A stretch of 64,000 bases of DNA, from contig UYFQ01000478.1 of the NCBI GenBank assembly GCA_900617105.1, forward strand, positions 62,001-126,000. Direction: 5' to 3'. The position numbers were made by a program, and so were the translations under genes. Below, piece after piece: positions 32,821 through 45,177 of this stretch. Numbering within the stretch: position 1 is the first letter of the stretch; each line of letters starts with the position of its first letter. A model generated the notes under the pieces. That model saw only the letters and a program-made list of their open reading frames with translations. It was not told the DNA's origin and searched no databases. Origin of the DNA: Hydrurus foetidus. Its lineage: Eukaryota.

Positions 32821-32885
32821 TTTTAAGTCAAATCAGCCTCTAGCCCCCGTATCCATTGCGCAAGCAGCTCCTATATCCATAGCAA
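32821..32885 (+). repeat. Dispersed ~60-bp repeat, intergenic
   Basis: AAATCAGCCTCTAGCCCCCG..TGCGCAAGCAGCTCCTATATCCATAGCAA. Confidence 0.85.
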
Positions 32886-34133
32886 TTAAGCCAAGGGTGG
32901 CAGCAGGCCTGCGGCGCGCAGCTTGTCCTTTTTGCTGGGCCGGATGCCCTTGATACCGCCACCGGCGGTGCCACCCGTTGCATCGCTGGCGCGCGGCGCG
33001 GGCTCAAAACCCGCCACCTGCTCGCGCGGCACCGGCTTGCGGTGGCGCTTTTCGATCAGGCGGAAATGCGCTTCCATGTCGGCGGTGACAAAGCTCACCG
33101 CCAGGCCGCTGGCACCGGCACGCGCGGTGCGGCCAATGCGGTGGGTGTAGTCGGTGGCCGAGCGCGGCAGGTCGTAGTTCACCACCACCGGCAGGTCGCT
33201 GATGTCGATACCGCGCGCGGCCACATCGGTGGCCACCACCACGCCAATGGCGGAGTCCTTGAAGTCCATCAGCACCTGGGTGCGCTTGCCCTGGCTGAGC
33301 TGGGCGTGAAAGGGCTCGGCCAGCAGGCCGGCGCGGCGCAGCTTGTCCGCCACCACCTCGGCCGCATGCTTGGTGGCCACAAACACCAGCACCCGGCTCC
33401 AGGCGTTCTGGGTGATGAGGTGGCGCAGCAGCTGGGTGCGTTGGGGCGCGTCTACCGCAATGGCGCGCTGGGTGATGTCGGGCTGGTCTTCAGGCTGGGA
33501 CACGACGGTGATTTCTTCGGGGTCGTGCAACACGGTTTGCGCCATGGCGCGCACCGCGGGCGGAAAGGTGGCCGAGTACAGCAGGCTCTGGTGGCGCGCG
33601 GGCAGCGCCGCGCGAATACGCTCCAGCTCCACGGCAAAGCCCAGGTCCATCAAGCGGTCGGCTTCGTCCAGCACCAGGGTGTGCACACCGCCCAGCGTCA
33701 GCGCATTGCGGTCCAGCAGGTCCAGCAGGCGCCCCGGTGTGGCCACCACGATGTCGGTGCCGCCGCGCAAGCCCATCATTTGCGGGTTGATAGAGACACC
33801 GCCAAACACCACGGTGACCTTGGCGGCCAGCCCCGCATGCTGGGCCAGCGTGCGCAAGGTGTCGCCCACCTGGGTGGCCAGCTCGCGCGTGGGCACCACC
33901 ACCAGGGCACGCGCTACGCGCGGCTTGTGCGATGTGGCCTGGGCCAGCTGCTGCAACAGCACCAGCGCAAAGGCGGCGGTTTTGCCCGAGCCGGTTTGCG
34001 CTGCGGCCAGCACATCGCGCCCGGTCAGTGCCACGGGCACGGCGGCAGTCTGGATGGGCGTGGGTGCGATATGGCCCTGGGCCACCATGGCATGGGCCAA
34101 TGCGGGCAACAGGCCCAAAGAAGAAAACGGCAT
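32886..34133 (-). CDS. DEAD-box RNA helicase (RhlE-like)
   Basis: AQTGSGKT, PTRELA, DEAD, SAT and HRIGRTAR. Confidence 0.93.
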   Translation of the reverse strand: MPFSSLGLLPALAHAMVAQGHIAPTPIQTAAVPVALTGRDVLAAAQTGSGKTAAFALVLLQQLAQATSHKPRVARALVVVPTRELATQVGDTLRTLAQHAGLAAKVTVVFGGVSINPQMMGLRGGTDIVVATPGRLLDLLDRNALTLGGVHTLVLDEADRLMDLGFAVELERIRAALPARHQSLLYSATFPPAVRAMAQTVLHDPEEITVVSQPEDQPDITQRAIAVDAPQRTQLLRHLITQNAWSRVLVFVATKHAAEVVADKLRRAGLLAEPFHAQLSQGKRTQVLMDFKDSAIGVVVATDVAARGIDISDLPVVVNYDLPRSATDYTHRIGRTARAGASGLAVSFVTADMEAHFRLIEKRHRKPVPREQVAGFEPAPRASDATGGTAGGGIKGIRPSKKDKLRAAGLLPPLA

Positions 34134-34211
34134 AGGGAAGCTCCGGAAGATAAGACCGGCAAGCCGGAGGGTTCAGGCCATTTTATGCAGTTAGCCCCAT
34201 CCACTCTGCGC

Positions 34212-36334
<2,123 letters not shown>

Positions 36335-36468
36335 CGGTCGAACTTTACGGAGGATTTACAAAGCCGACAGCGGGCGTAGGGTAAACACGATTCAAAGTTC
36401 TATTATTGAGAGTTTGCTGCCCAATAGGCAGCTTTGTCCCGTTTTCCTCCCCAACGTCGTTGCCGCCC

Positions 36469-37653
36469 ATGAACCTTGTCCGCTCCCCCCTGCTCATTTT
36501 TGGCGTACTGCTACCCCTGGCTCTGCTCGGGTGCTCGGGCAAGACCGAGACCCCGACGGCGCAGCCAGCCACAGCACCTGCGCCGGCCGCATCGGCCAGT
36601 GCCCCGGCCGGGGCACCCACCACGGTGAGCACCGTCAAGGCCCAGAACCGGGACCTGTCGGTCACGCTGAAGGCCACAGGAACCGTCACGCCGCTCACCA
36701 CGGTGGACATCAAATCCCAAGTCACCAGCACGGTGACCCAGGTGCATTTCAAGGAAGGGCAATTCGTCAAGGCGGGCCAAGTGCTGTTCACGCTGGACGC
36801 GCGCACTGACGAAGCCAACGTGACCAAAGCCCGGGCCCAACTGGCCAAGGACAACGCCAGCCTGGCCGACGCCAAGCGCCAGCTCGCACGGGCCCAGCAG
36901 CTGTTCACGCAAAACTTCATTTCCCAAGGTGCGGTAGACACGGCACAGGCGCAGGTGGAGTCCGCCACCGCCACCGTGGCAGCCGACCAGGCAGCCATTG
37001 ACGCCACACGCGTGGCACTGTCCTACTCACGCATCTCCGCGCCCCATGCGGGGCGTGCAGGCGCCGTCAGCGTGTACCCCGGCAGCGCGGTGCAGGCCAA
37101 CGTGACCACCCTGGTCACCATCACCCAGTTGGACCCGATTGGCGTGCAATTCAGCATTCCCCAGCGCAACCTGGGCGACGCCCTGCAGGCCCTGCAAGGC
37201 GGTGGCGCCAACGTGACCGCCACCCTGGCGGATGGCGGCGGTGCCTTCAAGGGGCGTCTGCAGTTTGTCGACAGCCTGGTGGATGCCAGCTCTGGCGCCG
37301 TTAAAGCCAAAGCCGTGTTTGACAACAAGGATGCCAAGCTCTGGCCCGGTGCCTTTGTAGAAATTTCGCAAACCGTGTCGACCCTCCAGGGTGCCGTGGT
37401 GGTGCCGCAGGCGGCCCTGATCCAGACCGCGCGGGGTACCGTGGTCTATGTGGTGGAAGACGGCAAAGCCATGCTGCGCCCGGTGAAGCTGGTGTACGCA
37501 GAAGCGGGCGATGCCGCTGTCACCGGCATCCTGGCCGGCGACAGCGTGGTGCTGGACGGCAGGCAAAACCTGCGCCCGAATGCCTCCGTGGTGGAGCGCG
37601 GCAAGGACGCCAAGCCCGCAGCACCAGACAACACCAAGGCCGCCACACCATGA
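36469..37653 (+). CDS. RND efflux periplasmic adaptor (lipoprotein)
   Basis: Lipobox LLGC, FKEGQFVKAGQVLFTLD and LWPGAFV. Confidence 0.9.
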   Translation: MNLVRSPLLIFGVLLPLALLGCSGKTETPTAQPATAPAPAASASAPAGAPTTVSTVKAQNRDLSVTLKATGTVTPLTTVDIKSQVTSTVTQVHFKEGQFVKAGQVLFTLDARTDEANVTKARAQLAKDNASLADAKRQLARAQQLFTQNFISQGAVDTAQAQVESATATVAADQAAIDATRVALSYSRISAPHAGRAGAVSVYPGSAVQANVTTLVTITQLDPIGVQFSIPQRNLGDALQALQGGGANVTATLADGGGAFKGRLQFVDSLVDASSGAVKAKAVFDNKDAKLWPGAFVEISQTVSTLQGAVVVPQAALIQTARGTVVYVVEDGKAMLRPVKLVYAEAGDAAVTGILAGDSVVLDGRQNLRPNASVVERGKDAKPAAPDNTKAATP

Positions 37654-40600
37654 ACTTCTCAGAAGTGTTTATCCGCCGTCCCGTCATGACGGTGCTGCTG
37701 AACCTGTCCATCGTGCTGGCCGGGGTGATTGGCTTTCGCAGTATCCCCGTGGCGGCGCTGCCCAGCTACGACACGCCAGTTATCAACGTGTCTGCCTCCC
37801 TGCCCGGGGCCAGCCCCGAGACCATGGCCACTTCGGTGGCGCTGCCGCTGGAAAAGCAATTCCAGACCGTGCCCGGCCTCAAGACCATCAGCTCCACCAG
37901 CACGCTGGGCAGCACCTCGTTGACGCTGGAGTTTGAAGAGTCACGCAACATCGATGCCGCGGCGGTGGACGTGCAGGCCGCGCTGCTGCGCGCGCAGCGC
38001 GCGCTGCCGCAGGACATGACCAACCCGCCGTCTTACCGCAAGGTCAACCCGGCGGATGCACCGGTGCTGCTGATTGCGCTGCGTTCGCCCTCGCTTTCGC
38101 CTGCCGATCTGCAAGACTATGCAGAGCACCTGATCGTGCCAACGCTCTCCACCGTGGATGGCGTGGCCCAGGTCAACATCTTCGGGGCCAAACGCTATGC
38201 CGTGCGCGTACGGGTGCAACCCCAAGCGCTGGCCACCCGCAACATCAGCCTGGACGAAATCAGCGCCGCACTGCGCGCTGCCAACGTCAACACGCCCGTG
38301 GGCACCCTGGAAGGCCCCAAGCAAACCCTGGTGCTGCAGGCCAACAAGCAGCTGCGCACCGCGGCCGAGTTTGCCGATTTGATCGTCAGCACCCGCGGCG
38401 GCATCCCGGTGCGCCTGCGCGATGTGGCGGCGGTGGAAGACAGCCTGGAAACGCTCAAGAGCTGGGCCACACTGAACGGTGAACCCTCCATCACGCTGGC
38501 CATCCAACGCCAGCCTGGCGCCAACACCGTGCGCGTGGTCGACTCGATTCGCAACGCGCTGCCCGCTCTGCAAAGCCAGATGCCGCAATCGGTCAGCATG
38601 ACGCCCATCAATGACCGGTCGGTGTCCGTGCGCGAGGCGCTGCACGACGTGACCCTGACGCTGATTGGCACCATCGCGCTGGTGGTGCTGGTCATCTTCC
38701 TGTTCCTGCGCCGCTTTGTGGCCACGGCCATTCCGGCCCTGTCGCTGCCCGTGTCGCTGGTGGGTGCAGTGGCCCTGCTGTGGGGCCTGTCGTACAGCCT
38801 GGACAACATCTCCCTGCTAGGCCTGACGCTGGCCGTGGGCCTGGTGGTGGACGATGCCATCGTGGTGCTGGAGAACATCATCCGCCACATAGAAAATGGC
38901 GAGAATTCTTTCCAGGCCGCGCTGCGCGGTGCGCGCGAAGTGGGCTTCACCATCGTCTCGATTTCCACCTCGCTGATTGCGGTGTTCATCCCCATCTTCT
39001 TCATGCCCGGGGTGATTGGTCTGCTGTTCCATGAGTTTGCCGTGGTGGTGGGCCTGTCCATCGTAGTGTCGGCCTTTGTGTCGCTCACGCTGGTGCCCAT
39101 GCTGGCCAGCCGCTTCCTGACCGATGAAGCCCATATGAAGCCACCCGGTGCCATCGTGCGCAGTTTCGAGCGCGGCTTCAACGCGCTGCTGGCCGGTTAC
39201 ACCCGGCTGCTCGACAAGGCGCTGTCCCACCGCGCCCTGATCGTCAGCCTGGCCATTGCCACCTTCGTGGCTACCGCCTGGCTGCTGGTGATCATTCCCA
39301 AAGGCTTCTTCCCCGAGGAGGACATTGGCCAGATCCAGGTGACCACCGAGGCCGGCGAAGACACCTCGTTCCCCGAGATGGTGCGCCTGCAGGAGCGGGC
39401 TGCCGAGATCATCCGCAAAGACAGCAATGTGGCCGCCGTGAGCTCCTTTAACGGCGGCAACGGAACACAGAACACCGGCCGCATGTTTGTGACCCTGAAG
39501 CCCACCGCCGAGCGTGAACCCATGAAGAAGGTGGTGGAAGGCCTGCGCAAGCAGCTGCGCGCTGTGGCCGGCATCAATGTGTTCATGCGGCCTACGCAGA
39601 ACTTGCAGCTGGGCGGACGCCAGAGCAAGGCGCAGTTCCAGTACATCCTGCAAAGCGTGCGCGCCGACGAGCTCAACACCTGGGCCACCAAGCTGCAGGA
39701 AAAGCTGCGTGCCGACCCTGTGTTCCGCGATGTAACCAGTGATGCGCAGCTGCGCGGCTTGCAGGCCCAGCTGAAGATCGACCGCGACCGGGCCAACGCG
39801 CTGGGGGTGTCCATCGATGCCATTCGCACCGCGCTGTTCAGCGCCTTTGGTGAGCGCCAGGTGTCCACCATCTACCTACCCACCGACAGCTACCAGGTCA
39901 TCATGGAAGTGGCGCCAGAGGCCAAACAGGATGAGCGTGCACTGAACAGCATTTACGTGCGCTCCTCCACCGGTGCGCTGGTGCCCCTGTCCAGCTTCAC
40001 CACGGTGGAGCGTGCGGTGGGCCCATCCTCCATCAACCATGTTGGCCAGTTGCAGGCCGTGACCGTGTCCTTCAACCTGGCGCCCGGCACGGCGCTGGGC
40101 GATGCCACGGCCAAGATCGATGCGGCACGCGAAGCGATCCAGATGCCCGCCTCCGTCATCAGCACCTACGGCGGTGATGCCGCAGTGTTCAAGAGCTCGC
40201 AGGGCAGCCAAACCATTTTGGTGGTTGCGGCGCTGCTGGTGATTTATGTGTTGTTGGGCGTGCTGTACGAGAGCTACATCCACCCCATCACCATCTTGGC
40301 CGGCCTGCCATCGGCCGCGGTGGGCGCCTTGGCCACGCTGATGCTGTTCGGGCAAGACCTGACGCTGATTGCCACCATCGGCATCGTGCTCTTGATCGGC
40401 ATCGTGAAGAAAAACGCCATCATGATGATTGACTTTGCGCTGGACGCGCAACGCCACCACGGCATGACGCCGGCCCAGGCTATTCGCGAGGCCTGCATCC
40501 TGCGCTTCCGCCCCATCATGATGACCACCATGGCTGCGCTAATGGGCGCTCTGCCCATTGCCCTGGGCATTGGTGCCGGCGCCGAACTGCGCCAGCCGCT

Positions 40601-40724
40601 GGGCCTGGCTGTGGTCGGCGGGCTGGTGTTCTCCCAGGCCATCACCCTGTTCATCACCCCGGTGATTTACCTGATGCTGGAGCGCTTCAGCGGCACCGGC
40701 CCGGTGCTGACCGCCGAGGCCTAA
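37650..40724 (+). CDS. RND efflux permease (MdtB/C-like)
   Basis: FIRRPV, GLVVDDAIVVLENI, GIVKKNAIMMIDFAL and RFRPIMMTT. Confidence 0.95.
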   Translation: MNFSEVFIRRPVMTVLLNLSIVLAGVIGFRSIPVAALPSYDTPVINVSASLPGASPETMATSVALPLEKQFQTVPGLKTISSTSTLGSTSLTLEFEESRNIDAAAVDVQAALLRAQRALPQDMTNPPSYRKVNPADAPVLLIALRSPSLSPADLQDYAEHLIVPTLSTVDGVAQVNIFGAKRYAVRVRVQPQALATRNISLDEISAALRAANVNTPVGTLEGPKQTLVLQANKQLRTAAEFADLIVSTRGGIPVRLRDVAAVEDSLETLKSWATLNGEPSITLAIQRQPGANTVRVVDSIRNALPALQSQMPQSVSMTPINDRSVSVREALHDVTLTLIGTIALVVLVIFLFLRRFVATAIPALSLPVSLVGAVALLWGLSYSLDNISLLGLTLAVGLVVDDAIVVLENIIRHIENGENSFQAALRGAREVGFTIVSISTSLIAVFIPIFFMPGVIGLLFHEFAVVVGLSIVVSAFVSLTLVPMLASRFLTDEAHMKPPGAIVRSFERGFNALLAGYTRLLDKALSHRALIVSLAIATFVATAWLLVIIPKGFFPEEDIGQIQVTTEAGEDTSFPEMVRLQERAAEIIRKDSNVAAVSSFNGGNGTQNTGRMFVTLKPTAEREPMKKVVEGLRKQLRAVAGINVFMRPTQNLQLGGRQSKAQFQYILQSVRADELNTWATKLQEKLRADPVFRDVTSDAQLRGLQAQLKIDRDRANALGVSIDAIRTALFSAFGERQVSTIYLPTDSYQVIMEVAPEAKQDERALNSIYVRSSTGALVPLSSFTTVERAVGPSSINHVGQLQAVTVSFNLAPGTALGDATAKIDAAREAIQMPASVISTYGGDAAVFKSSQGSQTILVVAALLVIYVLLGVLYESYIHPITILAGLPSAAVGALATLMLFGQDLTLIATIGIVLLIGIVKKNAIMMIDFALDAQRHHGMTPAQAIREACILRFRPIMMTTMAALMGALPIALGIGAGAELRQPLGLAVVGGLVFSQAITLFITPVIYLMLERFSGTGPVLTAEA

Positions 40725-40811
40725 TCTGCCGGGCAGAAGCAGCCATGTTACATAGTCATTGAGAAAAACAAGGTTTTTATGTAACATCGGTACATTCATT
40801 TTGTACCGACC

Positions 40812-41702
40812 ATGGCAGAGCCCTCCTCCATCCACGCGAGCTATTTCATCCAGCGCATTGAGCATGCGCTGGATAGCCTGCCTGAGTCCGAGCGGCGTGT
40901 CATGGCGCTGGCCTGCCGCGACCCCAAAGCGTTTTTGGACATGTCGGCCGAGCAGGCATCGTTGCTGTCCAAGGTCAGCAAGCCCACCGTGGTGCGGGCC
41001 TGCCGGCGCGTGGGCTACCAGGGCTTCAGCGAGTTCAAGCGCCATCTGGTGCTGTACCTGGGCTCGTCGTCCCACGATCTTCCCTATGTGAACTACTCGC
41101 TGAAACACCAGGACGACATTGAGAACTTGGGCGCCAACCTCAGCACCAACCTGATTTCTGCCATTGACGCGTTCCGCAAGTCGGCGGGCTTTGGCCCCAT
41201 CCGGCAGGCCGCGCAATGTATCAACGACACGCTGAACCGCCACGGCCATGTGCTGCTCATGGGCGTGGGCAATTCGGGCATTGTGGCCACCGATGCGCAG
41301 CACAAGTTCTACCACCTGGGGGTGAACTGCACGGTCTGCCAGGACACCGACCAGCAAGTCATCACCGCCACCATGGCGCAGCCGCAGGACTGCCTGATTG
41401 CCTTCTCCACCTCGGGCCGCACGGCAGACCTGGTGCATGCGGCGCAGATCGCCAAAAAAGGCAAAGTGAAGATCGTAGCCGTCACCAAGACCGGCTCTCC
41501 GCTGGCCCAGATGGCCGACGTGGTGATTCCCGTGGAGCACGACGAAGACAGCAATCTGGCACTGCCTATGGTCTCGCGGGTGCTTCAGCTGCTGGTGGTC
41601 GACATTTTGGTGATGGCGGTGGCCACCAAGCGCAGCCCCCACCTGGCACCCCAGCTCAAGGCGCTGGAGAAGAACATCAAACACAAGCGGGAACATCGGT
41701 AG
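40812..41702 (+). CDS. RpiR/HexR family HTH-SIS regulator
   Basis: VSKPTVVR..GYQGFSEFK, GVGNSG and STSGRT; upstream inverted repeat ATGTTACATA..TATGTAACAT at 40745-40787. Confidence 0.88.
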   Translation: MAEPSSIHASYFIQRIEHALDSLPESERRVMALACRDPKAFLDMSAEQASLLSKVSKPTVVRACRRVGYQGFSEFKRHLVLYLGSSSHDLPYVNYSLKHQDDIENLGANLSTNLISAIDAFRKSAGFGPIRQAAQCINDTLNRHGHVLLMGVGNSGIVATDAQHKFYHLGVNCTVCQDTDQQVITATMAQPQDCLIAFSTSGRTADLVHAAQIAKKGKVKIVAVTKTGSPLAQMADVVIPVEHDEDSNLALPMVSRVLQLLVVDILVMAVATKRSPHLAPQLKALEKNIKHKREHR

Positions 41703-41754
41703 GTCCCCGCCCCTTTCATCCCTTGGTCACCACCCTTTTTCAACTGGAGCAACT

Positions 41755-42102
41755 ATGTCAGTCACTTTCGAATCCCGCCCTTGGGGCTCTTTCACCGTTC
41801 TGGACGAAGCGCCCGGCTACAAAGTCAAGCGCATCACCGTCACCCCGGGCCAAACCCTGTCCCTGCAACTGCACCACCAGCGCGCCGAGCGCTGGGTGGT
41901 GGCCGCGGGCAAGGCCGAAGTGACCGTGGGCGAGGAGGTGATTGAGCTCAAGATCGGCGAAACCGTCTACATCCCCGTGGGCGTGAAGCACCGCCTGGCC
42001 AACCACGGCCCGGACATGCTGGAACTCATCGAGCTGCAGATGGGGCCCTACCTGGGAGAAGACGATATTGTTCGGTTTGAAGACCGCTACGGCCGGGCCT
42101 GA
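41755..42102 (+). CDS. Stand-alone type II phosphomannose isomerase-like cupin
   Basis: RPWG, KVKRITV.PG..LSLQ.H and YLGEDDIVRFEDRYGR. Confidence 0.88.
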   Translation: MSVTFESRPWGSFTVLDEAPGYKVKRITVTPGQTLSLQLHHQRAERWVVAAGKAEVTVGEEVIELKIGETVYIPVGVKHRLANHGPDMLELIELQMGPYLGEDDIVRFEDRYGRA

Positions 42103-42145
42103 GCCCGAGAGTCTGGCCGGGATCACAAAGTGACGAAATTACGCA

Positions 42146-42436
42146 TCATTCTTGCCCGGGAAATTCACGCCGGGTGTGAATCACATTCACCACCTCAATA
42201 CAGGTCGCGGTAACCCTGTAGTAGACGATGTAGTTCGGGTGCGCCACTATTTCGCGCACGGCGGGTATGGTTTGGCTCTGCCGGTACAGGTATGGGTGTT
42301 CGGAGACCGGAAGCACCGACTCCATCAAAACCTGACGCAAGCGGCGCGCCGCTGGCGGATTGACATTTGCCACATAGCCGATGATCTCTGCCAAGTCGCT
42401 GCGCGCACTGGCGCGCCAAATTATCGGCAACGTCAT
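42146..42436 (-). CDS. RelE/ParE family toxin
   Basis: W..SARSDLAEII.Y, HPYLYR and REIVAHPNYIVYYRV; ATGA overlap with the antitoxin. Confidence 0.85.
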   Translation of the reverse strand: MTLPIIWRASARSDLAEIIGYVANVNPPAARRLRQVLMESVLPVSEHPYLYRQSQTIPAVREIVAHPNYIVYYRVTATCIEVVNVIHTRREFPGQE

Positions 42437-42627
42437 TTCTGGGCGCTATGGCGACTTTCAGCCTCAACAATGATCGATTCCATCTCGGCCATCACCTGAT
42501 CATGCGCAATGCCGGGGCGCGGGTCATGCAAACTCGCCTGCACCTTCGCCTTGACCCACGCGGCATAGCTGGAAGCTTGTTCTTCCGTCTCGAATTCTGA
42601 GACCAATGGGGAAAGTATTGCGTTCAT
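42433..42627 (-). CDS. Antitoxin (PaaA2/stability-determinant type)
   Basis: SPLVSEFETEEQASSY..W..AKVQASL.DPRP.IAHDQVMAEM. Confidence 0.8.
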   Translation of the reverse strand: MNAILSPLVSEFETEEQASSYAAWVKAKVQASLHDPRPGIAHDQVMAEMESIIVEAESRHSAQK

Positions 42628-42740
42628 GTTGGAACCTCCGGGCTTGCTGACATGGCACAAAGTTTACTCTCCGTACAGATTTTGATCGAATATCTGCCAC
42701 GCAACATCAACCAAAGTAAGCCAGCGGCTACGCTGGCTTA

Positions 42741-42802
42741 CAGGCCGTTTCTGCCTGTAGCCCCCGTATTACTTGCGTGCGCAGCTACTAAACTTGTAGC
42801 AA
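42741..42802 (+). repeat. Dispersed ~60-bp repeat, intergenic
   Basis: GCCTGTAGCCCCCG..TGCGTGCGCAGCTACTAAACTTGTAGCAA. Confidence 0.8.
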
Positions 42803-43287
42803 AACCAACAACCAAGGCGCGCGGGCTGAGGGAGCCCCCATGGGGGCGGACGGGCAGACCGGCGCGCAGGGCTGATGCCGGGCAGCGGCGAAGCACAAGG
42901 ATGGGCGGGGGCACACACACAACTGGCCGCAGGCCACTGACCAACCACACAGCGCGCAGCGCCTGACCAATGCCAAGGTGCCACGACAACCACAAGGGCG
43001 CGCAGACGGCGGCGCGTAGGGCGTGCCAACGAATCCGGCGAAGGCCACTTTGCATAACGCCTGTCGCCTTCACTCGAAGGGCGCGCAGCGGTGACCGGCA
43101 CCAAGCGGAGCTTTAGCGCAGCGACTGGCGGGCTACTTAAAGGCAATGCGGCGTTGAACTAAACCGCTAACGCGGTGGTTGGAACACGCAGCGCCACAAC
43201 CGCGCTTTTTCGCCTGTCTTGCATTCGTGCGTGATGAGGTGAAACCTTGGAGTTGGGGAACGTCCCCCGCTTCAAAGGAAACTCACC

Positions 43288-43317
43288 ATGACACCACTGC
43301 GTAAACGCATGCTCGAC
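43288..43317 (+). pseudogene. 5' stub of a tyrosine recombinase of the IS91-associated type
   Basis: AAGGAAACTCACC-ATG then MTPLRKRMLD, resembling the MTPLRQRM(I/L)D N-terminus; truncated at the Sir2 stop. Confidence 0.4.
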
Positions 43318-43318
43318 A

Positions 43319-44167
43319 TCAGCCCTGCATAGCCAAATCAATGCCCCGCAAGGCTTCCAGCGAACCGGTGGCGAAACTAATATCCCTGGAACTTGGCACT
43401 TGCGACTCGCGGGGGTTGATGCGGATGATGGGCGCAGCATATTCCTGACTGATGCGGTGGCTGAAGTGCCGCACTGACGGGATCGCCGTGCCAGCACCCA
43501 TTTCAACGACCACGATGCGCAGCAAAGCTTCCGCTTGCGATGACAGCCAGTTGGCTTCGGCCCGTCGTTGGGCATCGCTTCGCCCGCTCACCCAATTCCA
43601 GTCGCCGAACATCAGCACGTTGGGTCGTGCCAAACCGCCGCAATATGGGCAGACAGGCGGTTCATTCAGCAGGTGGCAGCTTTCGACATCGATCTCTGGC
43701 ACAAACTGTTCGGCCGACCAAACATCTTGCATGCAGCCGTTCATGCACTGAAGGTGGTGAATGGAGCCATGGCATTCGTGGACCTGATCTTCTGAGAAAC
43801 CAGCCCTTTGGAATTGCCCATCGACGTTACTGGTGAAGACGCGCGCGCCTAGCTGCATGCGTTCACACCACTTACGCAAAATCGCGAAACCAAGGTGTGG
43901 AACTGTTTGTCGGTAGAGCGCCAAGCGGTGACCGTAGAAGCCCCACGCCAAGGCCGGGTCTAGGTGGAAGGTTCGGGGGCTGGCCACTTCGGTGAAATTG
44001 AGTTGGGCCTTCGCAAGCGCGGGGTAGGCTTTCCAAAACCCCTCGTTGCCCCGAAAGTCTGGCAGCCCAGAGTCAACACCCATCCCTGCACCGGCGGCAA
44101 TCACCAGCGCATCAGCGCCCGCTATCAGTTCGGCTGCGTGCAGATAGGCGTCACGGTGATCAGTCAT
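43319..44167 (-). CDS. Sir2 family NAD-dependent protein (zinc-binding type)
   Basis: AGAGMGVDSGLPDFRG, TSNVDG, HGS, QCxxxC..CPYC, ARPNVLMFGD and INP. Confidence 0.92.
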   Translation of the reverse strand: MTDHRDAYLHAAELIAGADALVIAAGAGMGVDSGLPDFRGNEGFWKAYPALAKAQLNFTEVASPRTFHLDPALAWGFYGHRLALYRQTVPHLGFAILRKWCERMQLGARVFTSNVDGQFQRAGFSEDQVHECHGSIHHLQCMNGCMQDVWSAEQFVPEIDVESCHLLNEPPVCPYCGGLARPNVLMFGDWNWVSGRSDAQRRAEANWLSSQAEALLRIVVVEMGAGTAIPSVRHFSHRISQEYAAPIIRINPRESQVPSSRDISFATGSLEALRGIDLAMQG

Positions 44168-45039
44168 GGATTGAAATACTCGACGCCCTCGGGCGAAATC
44201 ACAACCAGATTTAGTATCTCAAAAGGGTCGGGGAACTCAGTTTCAAGCTGCGGACCAAAGTGGTCCCACAAAGCCGCGCATTCGTACACACACTGCCGGT
44301 GCATCGTGGCGCGGTCAGTAGCCGTCACCGTGTCGAGCCAGCGGCCAGCACGACCCGCCTGCGCAGCTACCCGCGTTGGTGTGGACAAATCGGGCCAGTC
44401 GCGCAGTTGCTGCACGTTTTGCGAATAGAGCGACCAGATTGCCGTCTCGCGCATCCGGTCGTCCAGCAAGGGGCCAGTGAGTTCCATGGCTTGCATGTGG
44501 CCGCGCATCTGCCCTATCGCAGCAAGCATGTCGTAGTCATCCCATACCGGCAGTTCGCCCTCTTGCGCAGGCGCACCCTCTTGCACCGGATGCACCCCGG
44601 CATCCCACCAGGCCACCAGCACCTTTGTAGTGCCGACCGATTGGGTACGCAGATAATTCTGAACTTTTACAGTTAACTCCAAGGACTCGTCAAACAAGTG
44701 TGCAGCCCTGACATTGATGAATTCCCAAAAGGCGGCTTTGTCTTCATCGCTCCAATCGGCTGCGAACTCCGCAAATTGACTCAGGCGGTAAGCACTTCTT
44801 ACGGGCACCAGTCCCGGCGGTCGCGGCAATGACCCATCCAGAAAAGCAGAATCAACTTGCTCTTGGCTCGCCTGGCCTTCTGGCAGTAGCCAAAGCACGT
44901 CGGTATAGAGATAGGTGTCAGCCTTATCCAGAATAGCCAGCACCTTGTGGACGTTGGTGGCTTGTTCCGCGTTGTCCAACAGTTCATTCAGTGAGTCGCG
45001 AAGGATGGCAACGTGACGGCCGCTAGGTAACATTGGCAT
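44164..45039 (-). CDS. Hypothetical protein (291 aa) translationally coupled to Sir2
   Basis: Uninterrupted ORF, SD-like GAGA upstream, ATGA overlap with sir2. Confidence 0.75.
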   Translation of the reverse strand: MPMLPSGRHVAILRDSLNELLDNAEQATNVHKVLAILDKADTYLYTDVLWLLPEGQASQEQVDSAFLDGSLPRPPGLVPVRSAYRLSQFAEFAADWSDEDKAAFWEFINVRAAHLFDESLELTVKVQNYLRTQSVGTTKVLVAWWDAGVHPVQEGAPAQEGELPVWDDYDMLAAIGQMRGHMQAMELTGPLLDDRMRETAIWSLYSQNVQQLRDWPDLSTPTRVAAQAGRAGRWLDTVTATDRATMHRQCVYECAALWDHFGPQLETEFPDPFEILNLVVISPEGVEYFNP

Positions 45040-45177
45040 GGGTGATTCTCTTTCGCTATTGGTGCAGTGCGCCTAGCATTGATATGAAGTTGACCATCAC
45101 CGACTATTGTTCATCAATTGTTTGTACGTCTGACGCTGTCGCGGTAGCTGATCAAACCCTTGCGCAGCACTGCCTAT

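Noticed and set aside
42111..42126. CTGGCCGGGATC as the att copy of the tRNA-Arg 3' end
   Set aside because: Short imperfect match in GC-rich DNA; chance is likely.
43050..45090. Integron attC sites around the unknown+Sir2 pair (GCATAAC near 43052, GCCTAGC near 45071)
   Set aside because: No complementary core pair or L boxes found, and no intI in the window.
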